A stretch of 64,000 nt of DNA from Phoronis australis (lineage: Eukaryota; Animalia; Phoronida). The DNA is taken from assembly GCA_002633005.1 (NCBI GenBank), contig NMRA01000253.1, positions 383,251 through 447,250 on the forward strand. Direction: 5' to 3'. A program made the translations under genes and the position numbers. A model generated the notes under the pieces. It was not told the DNA's origin. It ran no database searches and worked only from the letters and a program-made list of their open reading frames with translations. Position 1 is the stretch's first letter. Every line of letters starts with the position of its first letter. Of this stretch, positions 11,918 to 24,800 are shown piece by piece.

Positions 11918-12250
11918 TGGGGCCGAGGTGTAACCTTTGTACTCTAAATCGAATTCCAATATACGTTTGCGTATTTCGCACGAATTCATGGTGTCAATTA
12001 CTCTGCATTCGAGTATCATCCATTCGAATTTCTAATACAAGTTCGCACTAGATGACCACCAGATTCGAGCTGTTCGAGTTCAACTTCGAACTTTCAGCCT
12101 TGATGCTGTGGTCACAAACTAAACTAATTTTTGCGAACTCAAGGCAAGTGTCTATTTATTCAATGATAGAGTACATACTGGCGTGCGTGAGTGACTGCCT
12201 ATTCCTAATTTCAAAATGCCGACAAAGTATAATCGAGTAAGATTTCGAGT
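11918..12250. mobile_element. MITE, GGTGTAATC-TIR family (rearranged copy)
   Basis: GGGGCCGAGGTGTAACCTTTGTACTC...TCGAATTCCAAT start; internal CATTCGAATTTCTA, AGCCTTGATGCT and GCGAACTCAAGGCAAGTGTCTATT shared with the other copies. Confidence 0.62.
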
Positions 12251-12808
12251 AGAAATATTGGAGCTCATGTCAAGGTCTGTAACGGCTGCAGAAATCGATG
12301 AAAGTTTTTAAGCGAAAACCGCTGGGGTTTATGTATTTGATGTCCTGTCTACACACTCCGTGTATTTGTTTACGGCTTTGCAAACGATTGCTGGTTTCTA
12401 TTATTTGAAGTTTGTGCATGAAGATTGGTGGTCCGACACAACTCTTCGAGTTAGGTATACTAAGTCGTACACGTCAATGACAATTCAAGTTTATAGGCTG
12501 GAGTCCGAGAGTCGTTCGCGAAGACATGTTCGAAATATCGGAATGTATAAATGTAGACAAAAACTTGGCATACCTTGCGCTGGGCACTCCGGTAGCTACC
12601 TCAATATTCTATTTGGGAGTGAAAAGAACATGGTGATCAGAGTGCGGTAGTTACGCTAGAGTCAGATTTTCAAACATGAAAGTGAACCTAAAATAATCAA
12701 AGGGGCACTCAGCAATCTTAGAGTCACTATGGTAGTAATCAGTTTTTCCGAAATATGTATTTCTTTGAAGTTAAGCGTTCATCTATTGTGCCACGACATG
12801 TTGTCACT

Positions 12809-12895
12809 TCACGTGCATTTTCCCGGTTCCACACTTATGTTGTCAATGGCTAGGTCGCTGCGAGGCCCATTCCCAACAATTGCTTCAAAGGCAAT
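12809..12895 (-). CDS. Astacin gene exon 26: MAM domain end and stop codon
   Basis: ttcttttgcag acceptor, IAFEAIVGNGPRSDLAIDNISVEPGKCT*; FEA...SDxAID-x-I...GxC MAM C-terminal motif. Confidence 0.93.
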   Translation of the reverse strand: MAFEAIVGNGPRSDLAIDNISVEPGKCT

Positions 12896-15800
12896 CTGCA
12901 AAAGAACAAAAGTATCGACTATTATTATTAGAACTGATATCAAAGAGACATTCTCTAGTCTTGTTACCTACACCCCAATGGGCATATCGCAAATCATTCC
13001 CCTCGGTACTCTTGTAATTCCAATTACAATTGTGCAGTTGTGCTCATCGATAATTTAAAGTTACTGGTGTAATATCTGAAGAGGTGCAAAACAGAGTAAC
13101 CTGTGTCGGTTTCCAGTATTCTCACAAGGACTAATCGCACTTACGATGACGGAAGGATATCCATTTCAATATTCAACGGTGAAAGTAGTTATAGTTTTTA
13201 AGGAGCATTGGATCATATCGTGTAATAATTTTGATACAAATAATTACTAAGATTAAAAGTGCATTGGGTATTAGAATAAGAGTGTGACAGCATTGAAACA
13301 ACATTTTACAGGTCGATACCATTCAAAAGCTCTGTGGAGTGCCCTGGATCCTCAGTCAATACAAAGAACACTACACATTCGAAAACTCTTATTGACATTC
13401 TCTGGATAACCCCATCGAATTTAAAGATATCTGCTCGTGTCGATAGAGATTTGAGCTTGAACGAGGCTGGACTTAGTGAGGGTTTCTTAACGAAGCTACT
13501 AGCATGTGCAAGCTATTGAGATCGCGTGCTTTACTTATAGAACACGAAGATACCTCGAAAACTCGTAAAAAAACAAGTTTTGCGGATAGCAGTCCTGCCC
13601 AAGGCAAAATAAAACAGACAAGTTGCACGAGGCCATTTCGTATTGCATAATAATCACGCTCATTCGCTACAATATTCGCCATTTTCCATACGCCGTAATG
13701 TTTGTAAGTTGAGCTTGAGAAACATTTTTGTCGCCAAATCGGACCCTCGTCTTTTCTAACGGAATTTTAAGGAACTGAATCTCTGTTTCAATAACTTAAA
13801 ACCGGTAGGCGTATGCATTGTTTATCATAATTCTTTTCTCCACTGAGACCATCTGGGATTAACTTCAGTGCACGCCGCATTCAATCGATGAATCGAGAAA
13901 GTTTAAAAATGTTTAGACATACTAAAGCTCCTTGTCACTTTTTTAAACTTAAATGAAACTCCGATCCAGGCAACACATTATTCAACCAATCGTATCAATC
14001 TCACCGTGAAAGTCAGAAAGATGGAACATCCTACTTTCACTGCACTAAAACTCAAGAGTGAAGTTTGGCCTAGTCATCAAATCAAGAGTCCGCAAGTTAT
14101 TTTGAAATGCAGGCGCTATGAAACTTTTGTGATATGGAACTTCTGTGCCGCAAGAGACTGTCTCTGCCTTGTCGTATGAAGGTATGTATAATTTTGTCAA
14201 GTTCTCTTAAGTTCTATTACTTTGTCCTCCATTGAAGAAGTAATGGAAAGGCTAACGCAGTTAACGCACGAATCTGGAAACTGAAAGCTTGATACAACAC
14301 TCGGCCAGCCGGAAACCAACATGATTGCAACTTTCTTCATCATTGATTGGTCAATATATTGTGCGCAGTTTTATCCCATACGCGTTGAAGCTGTGGAGGG
14401 AAGTATGGCCATGTAATAACGTTTTCCGTATTCACCTCCCGCACTACTTCAACAGTGACCTCTGACATGGAAAGTTCAAAAGGTAGGTCAATGTCGACTC
14501 GACGTCGTTAGCCGGTTCGATCACCAAACTTTCGGAAATAGTTCAACATACAATCAGGTCTCAATCGTAACATCTGGAACAAGACTGTTAATTATATGAC
14601 AGTTCTGTCTCAGTTTTCATTTGTTGAATATTTTATCGTCTGCAACTCAGGCGCCGATTCCTCGATAACTACAATATCAAATATTGTTGTTATTTAACTA
14701 TTTTCAGGAGATGTTACAAGTTCAATGAAAAGTTTCCTCGAGAAAAATTACGATTTCAGTTCTACCAGAACTGAGAAATGTAGTCAACGAGAGGCATAGA
14801 ACTAGTTCTTAGTTTGAAGATAGATAACTAGTTCTTCGTTCGGAGTGTGCAATCTTGACGATTTAAGAACTTTTTTAACACGGTGAACCATGATTGTCAG
14901 TTTCACTCTTACTCAGTACTGGTATTTATTTAGTATTACATTGTTTTTACCTTGAACGACCGGCCACTGACACTAAGATTGACGTTATTCATTGTCCACT
15001 GATTGCCTTTATCTCCTTGCAGCTGAACAAGAGGAAAATAAAAGTTGTCGCCTGTAGCAGCAATCCTCAGAGATCCCATATTTGATCCGTACATATGGGA
15101 AGCAAACCTGACGCACACAGGTGTATCCGAAGGATAGCTTCTTGATGAAACGAGCTTCGCTACCTTGTTGGAGTTTCCAGAGGCCTCGACGTAAAGGTAG
15201 TGACCTTTAAAGACAAAAACTAAAATGAGAAAGCATTTTCCACAGGCTACTTAAAATAAGCGTTTTGCTTAAGGTGATGTATCTCTTACTTTTATCTTCA
15301 AGAAGTATTGCTCACATCAAATTGTACATTGTACCTCTTGTTTAGGGCTAAACTTTTACATGAAATTGGATTTTTTGAGTAATTGTTGTTCAGATGAATA
15401 TCTTTCCAGCACTGAAAGTGATCACTCTGTTACACAATTCTTATTTTTTGAAATATTAAAATTTCCATATAATGATACGTAGTTCCTGATCAAAACGCCC
15501 GTGCAAACAGCCAGGAATGTAACAGCCCTGATTTAGCAGAAAATCCACAAAACTCTGATTGCTAATTAATTAAAAGTAGCGTTCCTGAGAGTAGAACGAC
15601 TAGAAAATTAAATTTGTGACTTTATACCGGTTCATATGATCATTTTCAGTAAAATTTACCAAACATAAAAATGCATTCATAGAAAAATATAGTTATCAAA
15701 AATAATAACAACTTTCATTTTTACTAAAATTCTCAAGATGAAATCTCAAAAATGCTGCAGTCATCTAAAAATCACTTTGAGTTTTTCATGTAAACATAAG

Positions 15801-18800
15801 TGTCCTCATTTGACGTCCCTTATTCAAAAGCGGAGCATTTGAATTCTAACAAGGTTTTGTAGAACAGTGCATACAGCATAGTGACTGAAAGGTGAGTTGT
15901 TGATATAACCTTTAAAATGGACTTAAATACAGTGTATGATGCGACATAGCCACTATAATTCTACCTGATCCGGAAATGCCTGTTACTACCACTAACGCTC
16001 AACAAACTTTATTTTAACAACCTTACGAAAACAAAAACTGTAGTGTCCTTTCGATCTACCGTAGACAAAACCAGGGCCCGGAATCTAATCTCTATACTCG
16101 AAACGAACTCAAAATTATTTTTGGCAATTTCTCTGCTACTTTTGGTGCAAATTCAAGATAAGTGGTTATTAGACTGTGCTCGAATACTTCATAGTTTACG
16201 CATCTGAGTTTCTAGTCCAAGTTTGTACTTGATGATTCTAATATTTGTGCTACAAACTCGAGTAAAAACTCGAAATTTCGAGTTCAAACTCGGAATTTTT
16301 GGATTTATCAACTGCAAACTAGGACTAAAAGAATTATCCACGTAAGTCATTATGTACTGGAGCATAGAATAATAGACACTTACCTTGAGTTCGCACAAAA
16401 GTACAGTAGAAAACGTCAAACGTAGTTTCGAGTTCCACTTCGAGTGAAAAGATTACAACCTGGGTGAAGTTTGCTCACCAAAACGAGCTGAACAACATGT
16501 GACAAAAGAGGCAATTGCACACTTCACGAACTTGAATTTTCTAAAGATGAGTAATAAAAATGCTACTTTTGCTGCTTGGGGTCAACCTCTTTTTTTTCAT
16601 AACATACGCGACCGTTGTCACACCATTATGTCAGGTTGACACAAATCATATGGAAATCGAAAGATTTCGACCGGCACACCTTTACGTTGCCAGTCCTTTT
16701 GTTTGGTCAAACGATACGAGCACTCCAACTGGGTTCGTGGTGTTGTCAAATAAAAACCTGTACCGCTTCACTGCTTGGTTTTTGTGGATGAAAAAGTTTG
16801 TAAAAGAAGCCGTATAATAGATATCTTCAAGATTCACTGAGTCACCACCATTGTGATTCAGCGACATCACGTGCCTCTAAAACACCATATTCTCAAACAA
16901 ATTGACGAATGGGCAATTTCTTGCCAGTCAGTAATCACGGGAAAATTTAGAAAATTAGTTGAGAAAGCTACGTTTGGTAGTACCCTACGACTTCCTGTAT
17001 GCACTGGAAAATCGGTGTTCAGAAGTTTACCAATTAAGAATAAATGGGCATTAGTATAGAACATTATATCATTGTTCCCCTGTGTGGTGTATGATGATTT
17101 GGATGACGAGTTAATACATGTTTTGATTTTACTCTATTTAGTTGATAAGTTGTCCATTAACACATGCTCAAGAAGTCATGCTTTTAAATTCCATCGTTGA
17201 CTAGGGACATATCGGTGCATATACAGCCAACCCACAAATGTTACAAAGTAAGGCTCAATATGCTTACCCTTTCCGCAATAACAATAAATCAACATACCAC
17301 CACCTTCGTAGTCAGCATTGGGTCCGGTTGCATAAGTAGGTGTTGGTGAACTTCGACGTCTCCAGTCCAGAGTGTCCTCCACACTGTTTTTCCAGCCACA
17401 GAGATCTTTGTTGAAATCGCAAGTTGTTGACGGAAACACTAGAAACCGCCAAATTTCATGATAGGTGAAACCAAAGCGCTTCACAATTCGGTATTCCAAA
17501 TACACGTAATGCTCATGATTTGCTAAGGTATTAAAACTGTGAGTTTGTTTGACACAATCACTACATGATAACTGATGTCAGTGATTCAGAACACGGAGGT
17601 CATTCGGTCGAAGTAACGTAAAGCAAGCGGCAATGAAACAAACGTAGCCCAACAAAATTATGGATAGCATCCACAGTAGGAAGACCGCAACACTCAAAAT
17701 ATTCAGTCGCTAAGGAACGTGTAGTTCAAATACGGATGCTAACTTTAAAATACAAGAGCCTGTATATATGCTGGCTACAATCCTTAAAAGATTACCTTGC
17801 TCTGAGGAGAGACTTCCACTTAGTTTGCATGACCTGTTCACATATCTGTTGCTTATCCACAGAGATGCACTTGCTGCGCAAAAATGTTCTCCTAGATACG
17901 ATTGTGATTTGATGTTTGTCGATCGTATACCTGTCTATTTTAAACCTTGTAACAAACACGATGGCTTAATTCATATTTCTTCTCCGATACGAGAAAAGCA
18001 ACTAACAAGCATTTTTATTCAACAAGAAAATCGGAACAGTGGCAGATCTACGTTTTCAGTAAGGGGTGGGTTAGGAATCGTAGCGCCGAATGGAAGGAAG
18101 GTCGGGAGGGGTTTCCGCCCTCCCGTGTAAGATTTTTGAGGTTTTTAGTAGCTGATTTCGTTTTTCTGGCGAATTTTTTTCAAATTTTATTTTTGATCCT
18201 GTCCCGAGGGGAGTGGAACCCCCTGACCCCCTGTAGATCCGCCTCTGCGGAATAACGGTGAGAAGGGCATACTTTGTGGTGAGAAGGACGAAAACAGATG
18301 GAAAGGATGGATGGGAAATAAATACCTAACGATGACTTTCTTTTTATTGTCCATCTTAAAGATTACATTAATTGGTGACATTGGCATGAGACGTGTCATA
18401 AATTTTGAAATTTCCTTCACTTTGGAATTAATTTGTTGTTTTTTACGTAAAAATTACCTTATGAAAATGTGTGGTTCCACCCTCACTCGATACAGTTGCT
18501 GTGATTAATGAAGTCCATTTCGAAAGCTGACATTTACTACAAGTTTTAATTACATGTATGAACTAATGATCAGGTAATGCAGGTATTTTCACAGTTTTGT
18601 CTTATGCACGTTTTGTCCTCCCCATTTTTTAGTCATTCGTTCCTACCGGCAGTCCAAGCATCCATTTGTATGTGTAAAATCCGAAAACAAAGGCTTCACA
18701 AATTTAATTCCTAACAACGGCACATCATAGTTTTGACAACGGATATTACGTGGCAGTCAATAAAAATAAGGAGACGTAACCTTCAGGTAATAGTTCTTTC

Positions 18801-21800
18801 ACAGCAGGTGAAACGTCAACCTGCGGTCAACAGGTGGAGAAAAAAGTATAATCCTCTATTATCTGTATTGGTCTACGCAGATGTCAATGGACTGTCACTC
18901 AATCAACAAAGCCCAAATGCAAAATATCCCTACCCAAGTTTTTACAATGGTTTCTATGGTCTAGACATCAAGTACGACGTTGACACACATCAAACTGGTC
19001 ATGTTTTGTACAATGAAATATACGTAATATTATCCTCACCCTTTACCGGTAATCCACTGTTTTGGGTAGGTCGGTAATGGAGTTTTCCTTGTTTCATTAC
19101 ACATATTTTCATTCAAAAACTAAAAAAATATTAACCACATTGCGAATAAAATCATTTTGCGTTTCCGAAGGTCGATTGTGTGAGGGAATTTACTCAAACA
19201 TTTACCTGCGACAAATAGGGCATTTGTCAAGAAACTGTTTAGCTCGTCGTTTCATATACATGTATGCCATACACGAAATGCGTGGGCTGTAACAGAATCT
19301 TTTATAGGAAAATGCAGGAAATTACATTAATTCTATTCAACTCTAAACCTCGAAAATTTCATCCAATTCAGCCCTTCCATGCTTTCGGATACGGAATTTG
19401 GTGCAGTGTGATACTTACGAGCGTTCGAACAGTATCCACAGTATTTGGCGCACTTGTCTCTAGCCCATGGTTCAAATTGTCCAGTGCAGGAAGATTTCCC
19501 ATAATCTATGCAGTTGGGTAGCTTATCTTCGCAAGCTGCAAATTGCAAGTGAGATGATCGAAGTAAGTTCGGATTAGGATCTAGCACTTGCGTGCGGAAA
19601 CAATGAGATGTTATATGTAGACTCGCCAGACAGACTGAGGCGGCACATACAGACAAATTGGCCAGTCAATATTAAACACATTGATCTAGCCAACAGGATT
19701 CGATCTGTGAAAGTAGTTTCCACAGCTCGACCGCTGGATTTACTAGATTTCCAATTAATGAGAGTATTAATGGCGAATGACATATTTTTCCACTTCACTG
19801 ATGGATACGTGACACTAAAGCACCACCTTTGGTGGCTAGCACCTCAAGATAACGTTCAGGTTACATCCTGACGCAAGCATTTAAGGCATATCTTACTGCC
19901 ACTTTATAACAATCTGATTTTTGAGCGGCCAAGTGATAATTTCTGCCGTGCGACGAGCACCGTTGGTCAGTGGTTCTCAGGTACATTGAATCGGCGATTC
20001 TGATTTGAGGCACCACTAAGAGGGCTGAGCAAACTGTTTATTCTTAGAAAGGTTTATACAGATGCTCTGGGGGCGATGGCGTCTTCTTTCTCGAAAATGG
20101 AGTATTCATGGGCCACCATGAAGATTGGTAAGAAAAGAGATTAATAAAATGAGACGACTGTCTCCGAGTACGAGGACATTCCTTTTAAGAATGTTGTTTT
20201 GATGGCTGTGTGAAGCTGTGCAGTATCGTATTTTAGCAGCTGCGAGCTTCACGGTAGAATAGAAAATGCAAAACGCTGGCTCTAGAACTTGCAATGGTGA
20301 GATACAGCGATACGCACCCAGTTTGAATTACCGGCCCGGACTCAATGACTGACGGAGTGCTCAAACTTCAAATCTCCCAAATCGAAATGATTTGGAGATA
20401 CCTTTAAGTCAGTGAATGGTTATTGGAGATAAGAATCTTTAGCAGATAATATGTTGCTATGAGGTATAAGTCACTGGACACAAATCTCCAATGCTCCCCA
20501 GAAAACGAGAGAAACGGAAAGTAGTTAGTACAGTAGAAGAGCCTGAAGCAAAGCTAAATAAAGAAAAATATCTCTGCGGTCACAAAAACATGGCGAACTT
20601 CATTTCTTCTTGAGACGCAACGTCGTATTCGCACGGCCAGTGGGCATAATTGCGCCCTTTTCTTAATGGCAAAAATCCTTCCCCTGGTCGTAGTTCACGC
20701 AGATGCATGCGTTCGTTCCCCCTGCTCATGACAAAGTGCCTCATTTCAGTCCCATGTCCGATTGGCAACTATGCTCAGTCCCTCTCTATTGACTTTATTC
20801 TCGATTTTCCAATTTGAAAAGCATCATGGGAAAATTGTTATATCCTTAAACCGAAGCATTGCCTGAAAAAAGGGAAGTTTGTGGATATTCTATTCCCTTG
20901 GTCAGCAATTTCGGAAGTGATGATCCTGCCGGCAAAGGGGCTTAGGGCGAATGTTTTTGACTTTGTCAGTGAGAGGTCAAGTTTACACACAAATTCATGT
21001 GCCAAATATTTTACAGATATCCTTGTGGGAGCACTGCCGGATGCTTCCAGATGATGTGAAAGGCCGTTTGTGTGGGATAGGGAACTTTGTAAAACATTAA
21101 TTAGGAATTCAACTGGAAAGTACAACGGTTTCAGCACAATAATATGGAATCTGGGATGCCAAATTTGCGCCACTGCCCGTTTATATTAAACCGATTTACC
21201 GGATTGGGCGCAGAGTGAACAGCTTTGCGTAGCACGGAGGTCTGACCGTCGACGACTGACATTTCTCCGACAGCGAATATAATAACAGGCTGGGAAAAGT
21301 GGTTCAGGATTTCTTTAAACAAAATAGACTTTAACAATAAGAAAATATTAAGAGGCACTGAAGAGTTTTCACGCAGAGTCGATGCCAACAAGACTCCGTA
21401 AAGCGGAAATGGATGACATTCATCTGTTGCACCATATTTTCAGAAGAGTTTGGTAAAAGTAGCTGATGTGTAAATTTTCCAACACTGAATTTATTCACCT
21501 TATTCCAGTAACTCACTCTACAGTTTGTCCAAATTCATACCGATGCCTCCCTACTAATTACTTATTTGTTCTTTAAATGCATAATAAGCATATGCGTGGG
21601 TTTCGTCCTCACAAGTAGCGCAATAATGCGTGGACGACGTGGCCATAAGTGTGCAGTGTTTCCGTTTACCAGTCCATACCGATATTTTACGGGAATTGTT
21701 TTAGTCGATCCGAATTTTGTATCTCCACCAGTTCTTGAGCAATATACATTTAGATCGAAACTAATTTTCGATTGAGTCAGTTAAATATTCTAAATTTTGG

Positions 21801-24800
21801 GCATTTGTTTCTCCTAAAATGCTAAGCCAAAAACTCGTCGAAGAGCGTAATTTAATCAACTAATTGGTCTCCAGAACCAGCGTTTCAAAAACCCAGCGGA
21901 ACGACTGGTGTGTAGCGCTTATAAGTTCTTGTTTAAAAAAACAATTGCGGGCGATTTGATACACGTTGTACCAGATGTGCGCAGGACACGCATATGGACC
22001 CATTGCACTGATCCTTTGAAACCATTTTTATGCTTTATTGATATATGGTTACAACCGAGCTGAGGAGCTAGAAACCTGGCTCAAGGGTTTAGCAGTGTGA
22101 CCTGGTGGGACTCGAAACCACGACCTCGAGTAAAGAAAGCGGGCACTTATCAACCAGGCCACACTGCCTCCTCCTTAGTTTTTGTTATTCAGGAATAAGT
22201 AATACTCACGTGCCGGAGGCAGCGTTGTAGTGAAATCGTTGGTCTGCTTACAGAACCCACAATATGCTGGGCAGTTTGTACGCGCCCACGGTTCGTAATC
22301 TCCCTTACAAGCAGAACTGCCGAATGCCTGGCAATTGTTAATGGCGTCTTGGCAAGCTAGAAGTAAACAAAATTTCTGTCACGTTTGTTCAGGGTTGTTT
22401 TAGCTAAAAAATATCATAGTTATCCATATTGAATGCACATGTGTCGAGCTGTAGTAAAAATATATGACTATAAATGGCATCACTGTTTCAATTATGCAAT
22501 AAGAAAACCATAGCTCGGAGCAATAGAGCTGACAGTATACTGTTTTGCCGTATTTGTGAGTGGTCGTTTGTTACAAAAGGTGAGACCCTCCACAATCCAG
22601 TCGCCATCGCTGCATCGCAACCAAAGCCCGTCGACTATCTGCTTCTTGGCAACTGTGTAGGGGTTTGTTTTTGAAAACTTCCCCGACTTCATTGACGCGT
22701 GATCTGTTGTTTCGGGAAACATCAAGAGCCATCAATGATTAGCATGAGAAGCCCAAATGAAGTACTGTTGTCTATCAGTAAAACAAAGTGGCAAATAAAA
22801 CATGCACAGTGTATCTAAAAGCTCAAAGTACATTGCTAAGCGCGATTGTTCAAACCTGGTGGCGCAGACGTCGTCGTCGTTGTAGTTGTTGTTGTTGTCA
22901 CAGCAATACAATAGCCGCAGGTTAAAGCACAATTATCCCTTGCCCATGATTCATAGTCGCCAACACAAGCCGAGGATGAATAGTCCTTGCAGTCTGTCCG
23001 TTTGTCTTCACACTTAGTTACTATCCACAGGCAGGGTAAGCAAATGGGTAATAAGCTTCGACAAGCAAAAGCCACATCACACCCTTACAACACACATTGC
23101 AATTAGTTCGTGGGCGTTGTAGGTTTACCTCATGAATACTAAATCAATTACCCGTCATTGGTATTCCTTTAACATGCGCGCACCCAGGGGGTCAGGGTGC
23201 TCGAACTTCCTCCCCCCCGCACATTTGGCGACGTGGTCAAAAAGGTCCGTCTCAGGGAAAGAAAAAGTCCAAAGAAAACGAGACAAAATGCACAATCCAT
23301 AGCTCTGAACCTGGTACCCCGTTTTTTTCTTTAGTGTTTTAGTCCGCCAATATTTTGTAAGTAAACTTTCCACTTTGTAAAAAATTCGAACCCCCCTATA
23401 TTTTAGGCTGGGTGCGCGCATGTTTAATCCTTTTGTATAACTAACTGTTTTAGCGACTATCTCAGTTCCCGAAAGTCAAAAGTATAGAAGAGCGTATGCG
23501 TGCTTGCTTAAGTTAAAACCATACGATAAAGAAGAGTGGACTGAGAGCAGGTGAACTCGGCAAATGATTTACTTAAAGTGACGTAAAAGCCTCTTATTCC
23601 AAGGTAAAAAACGTTTCAAAGCCTAACGTTTGTAAAGCAGGGGGATGAAACCGGATGGATGAATGACACACTAAACGCTGCCTACAAACGTGACCAATGT
23701 GCACTGTTCTGTTACTCTCGTTTCATATCCTCTTAGTGTAGTGGTTCTAAATAAACTAGTTTCGGGTGTATTCAATTCATGCAAAGATATCTGAATGCCG
23801 GGAGAAAGAAATGATGGCAATTAAGATAATGTGACGAAACTAAAAAATACAGCTAGATACCAACTTACGTGTTGAGGGGGTTGTAGCTCCCGGAAGTGTC
23901 TTGGTTACTGCAGCCACGCCAGAGTCGCCACAGTAACCGCAGAACACGGCACAGTTAACACGAGCCCAAGGTTCAAAGTCTCCGTAGCAAGCTGACTTGC
24001 CGTAGGCATGGCAATCTTCCAAAACGTCTCTACAAGAAGCTGCAACGAATAGTACAGAGAGTATCGACATGACTGAACTCAACTAGTGCATGGCAAATGG
24101 CAAAGCTACTGCATGAGCGGCGCACCATAGGCGTCAGTGGGCTATAGCCTTCCCCTTTTTTCAGTGGTGCGCTGTCCATGTACTGGTGAAATCAAAATCG
24201 AAAATAGGGAAGTGCAGCACTACTCATATTGCAGGTAAATCTTGAGCTTGCTGCGGAAGAGATTAAAATTACGATTAGTGGGCGATATAGCAGTCGAAGC
24301 AGCCCAAGTCAGTTGTTCTCACCTTGAAAGAGACCTTATCAACTTAATACACGGCCGACAAAAACGATTTTGGATACTTCTTGTGGATGAGATTTCCTCT
24401 TGAAGCACTTGGCTTTGACAAGAAACATAAAACAAAAATCCGTTGTGCTTCTGTATTTTATCAAAAATCCTTAATTCTCGCCGATGTTAGTCAGACATTT
24501 TGCTGAAATAAAGGCAGACGGCTGTAATTTAATAGTCTTAAACGAGCATGACACCCAAAAAACAACCTAATTTGCATCAATTTAGATCGAGTAGTTCTAC
24601 TCCATAACGACACGTACGGTTGCGTTACCTGATGGCAGACCGAGGTGTTGAAATTATCCAATGACGTTATCAGTTTCACGAACAGTTTGTTCAGCAGTTT
24701 ACATTACGGGTTACTGGTGTCAGCTTATCGCTTGAAGTCATCGTTTAACACCAATAAATCATCAAACTTCGATGTAAAACCCTTAAAAATACACCGAGTT

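Noticed and set aside
18781-19089. Two possible small exons (RKLHYRPTQNSGLP and VDVSPAVKELLPE) between ShK11 and MAM
   Set aside because: The phases could chain, but the first acceptor has no pyrimidine tract and the gene reads through without them; RNA data are needed.
20480-21520. Coding-looking intronic stretch with several 60-110 aa ORFs
   Set aside because: No recognisable domain in any frame; probably an old TE remnant, but unclassifiable by eye.
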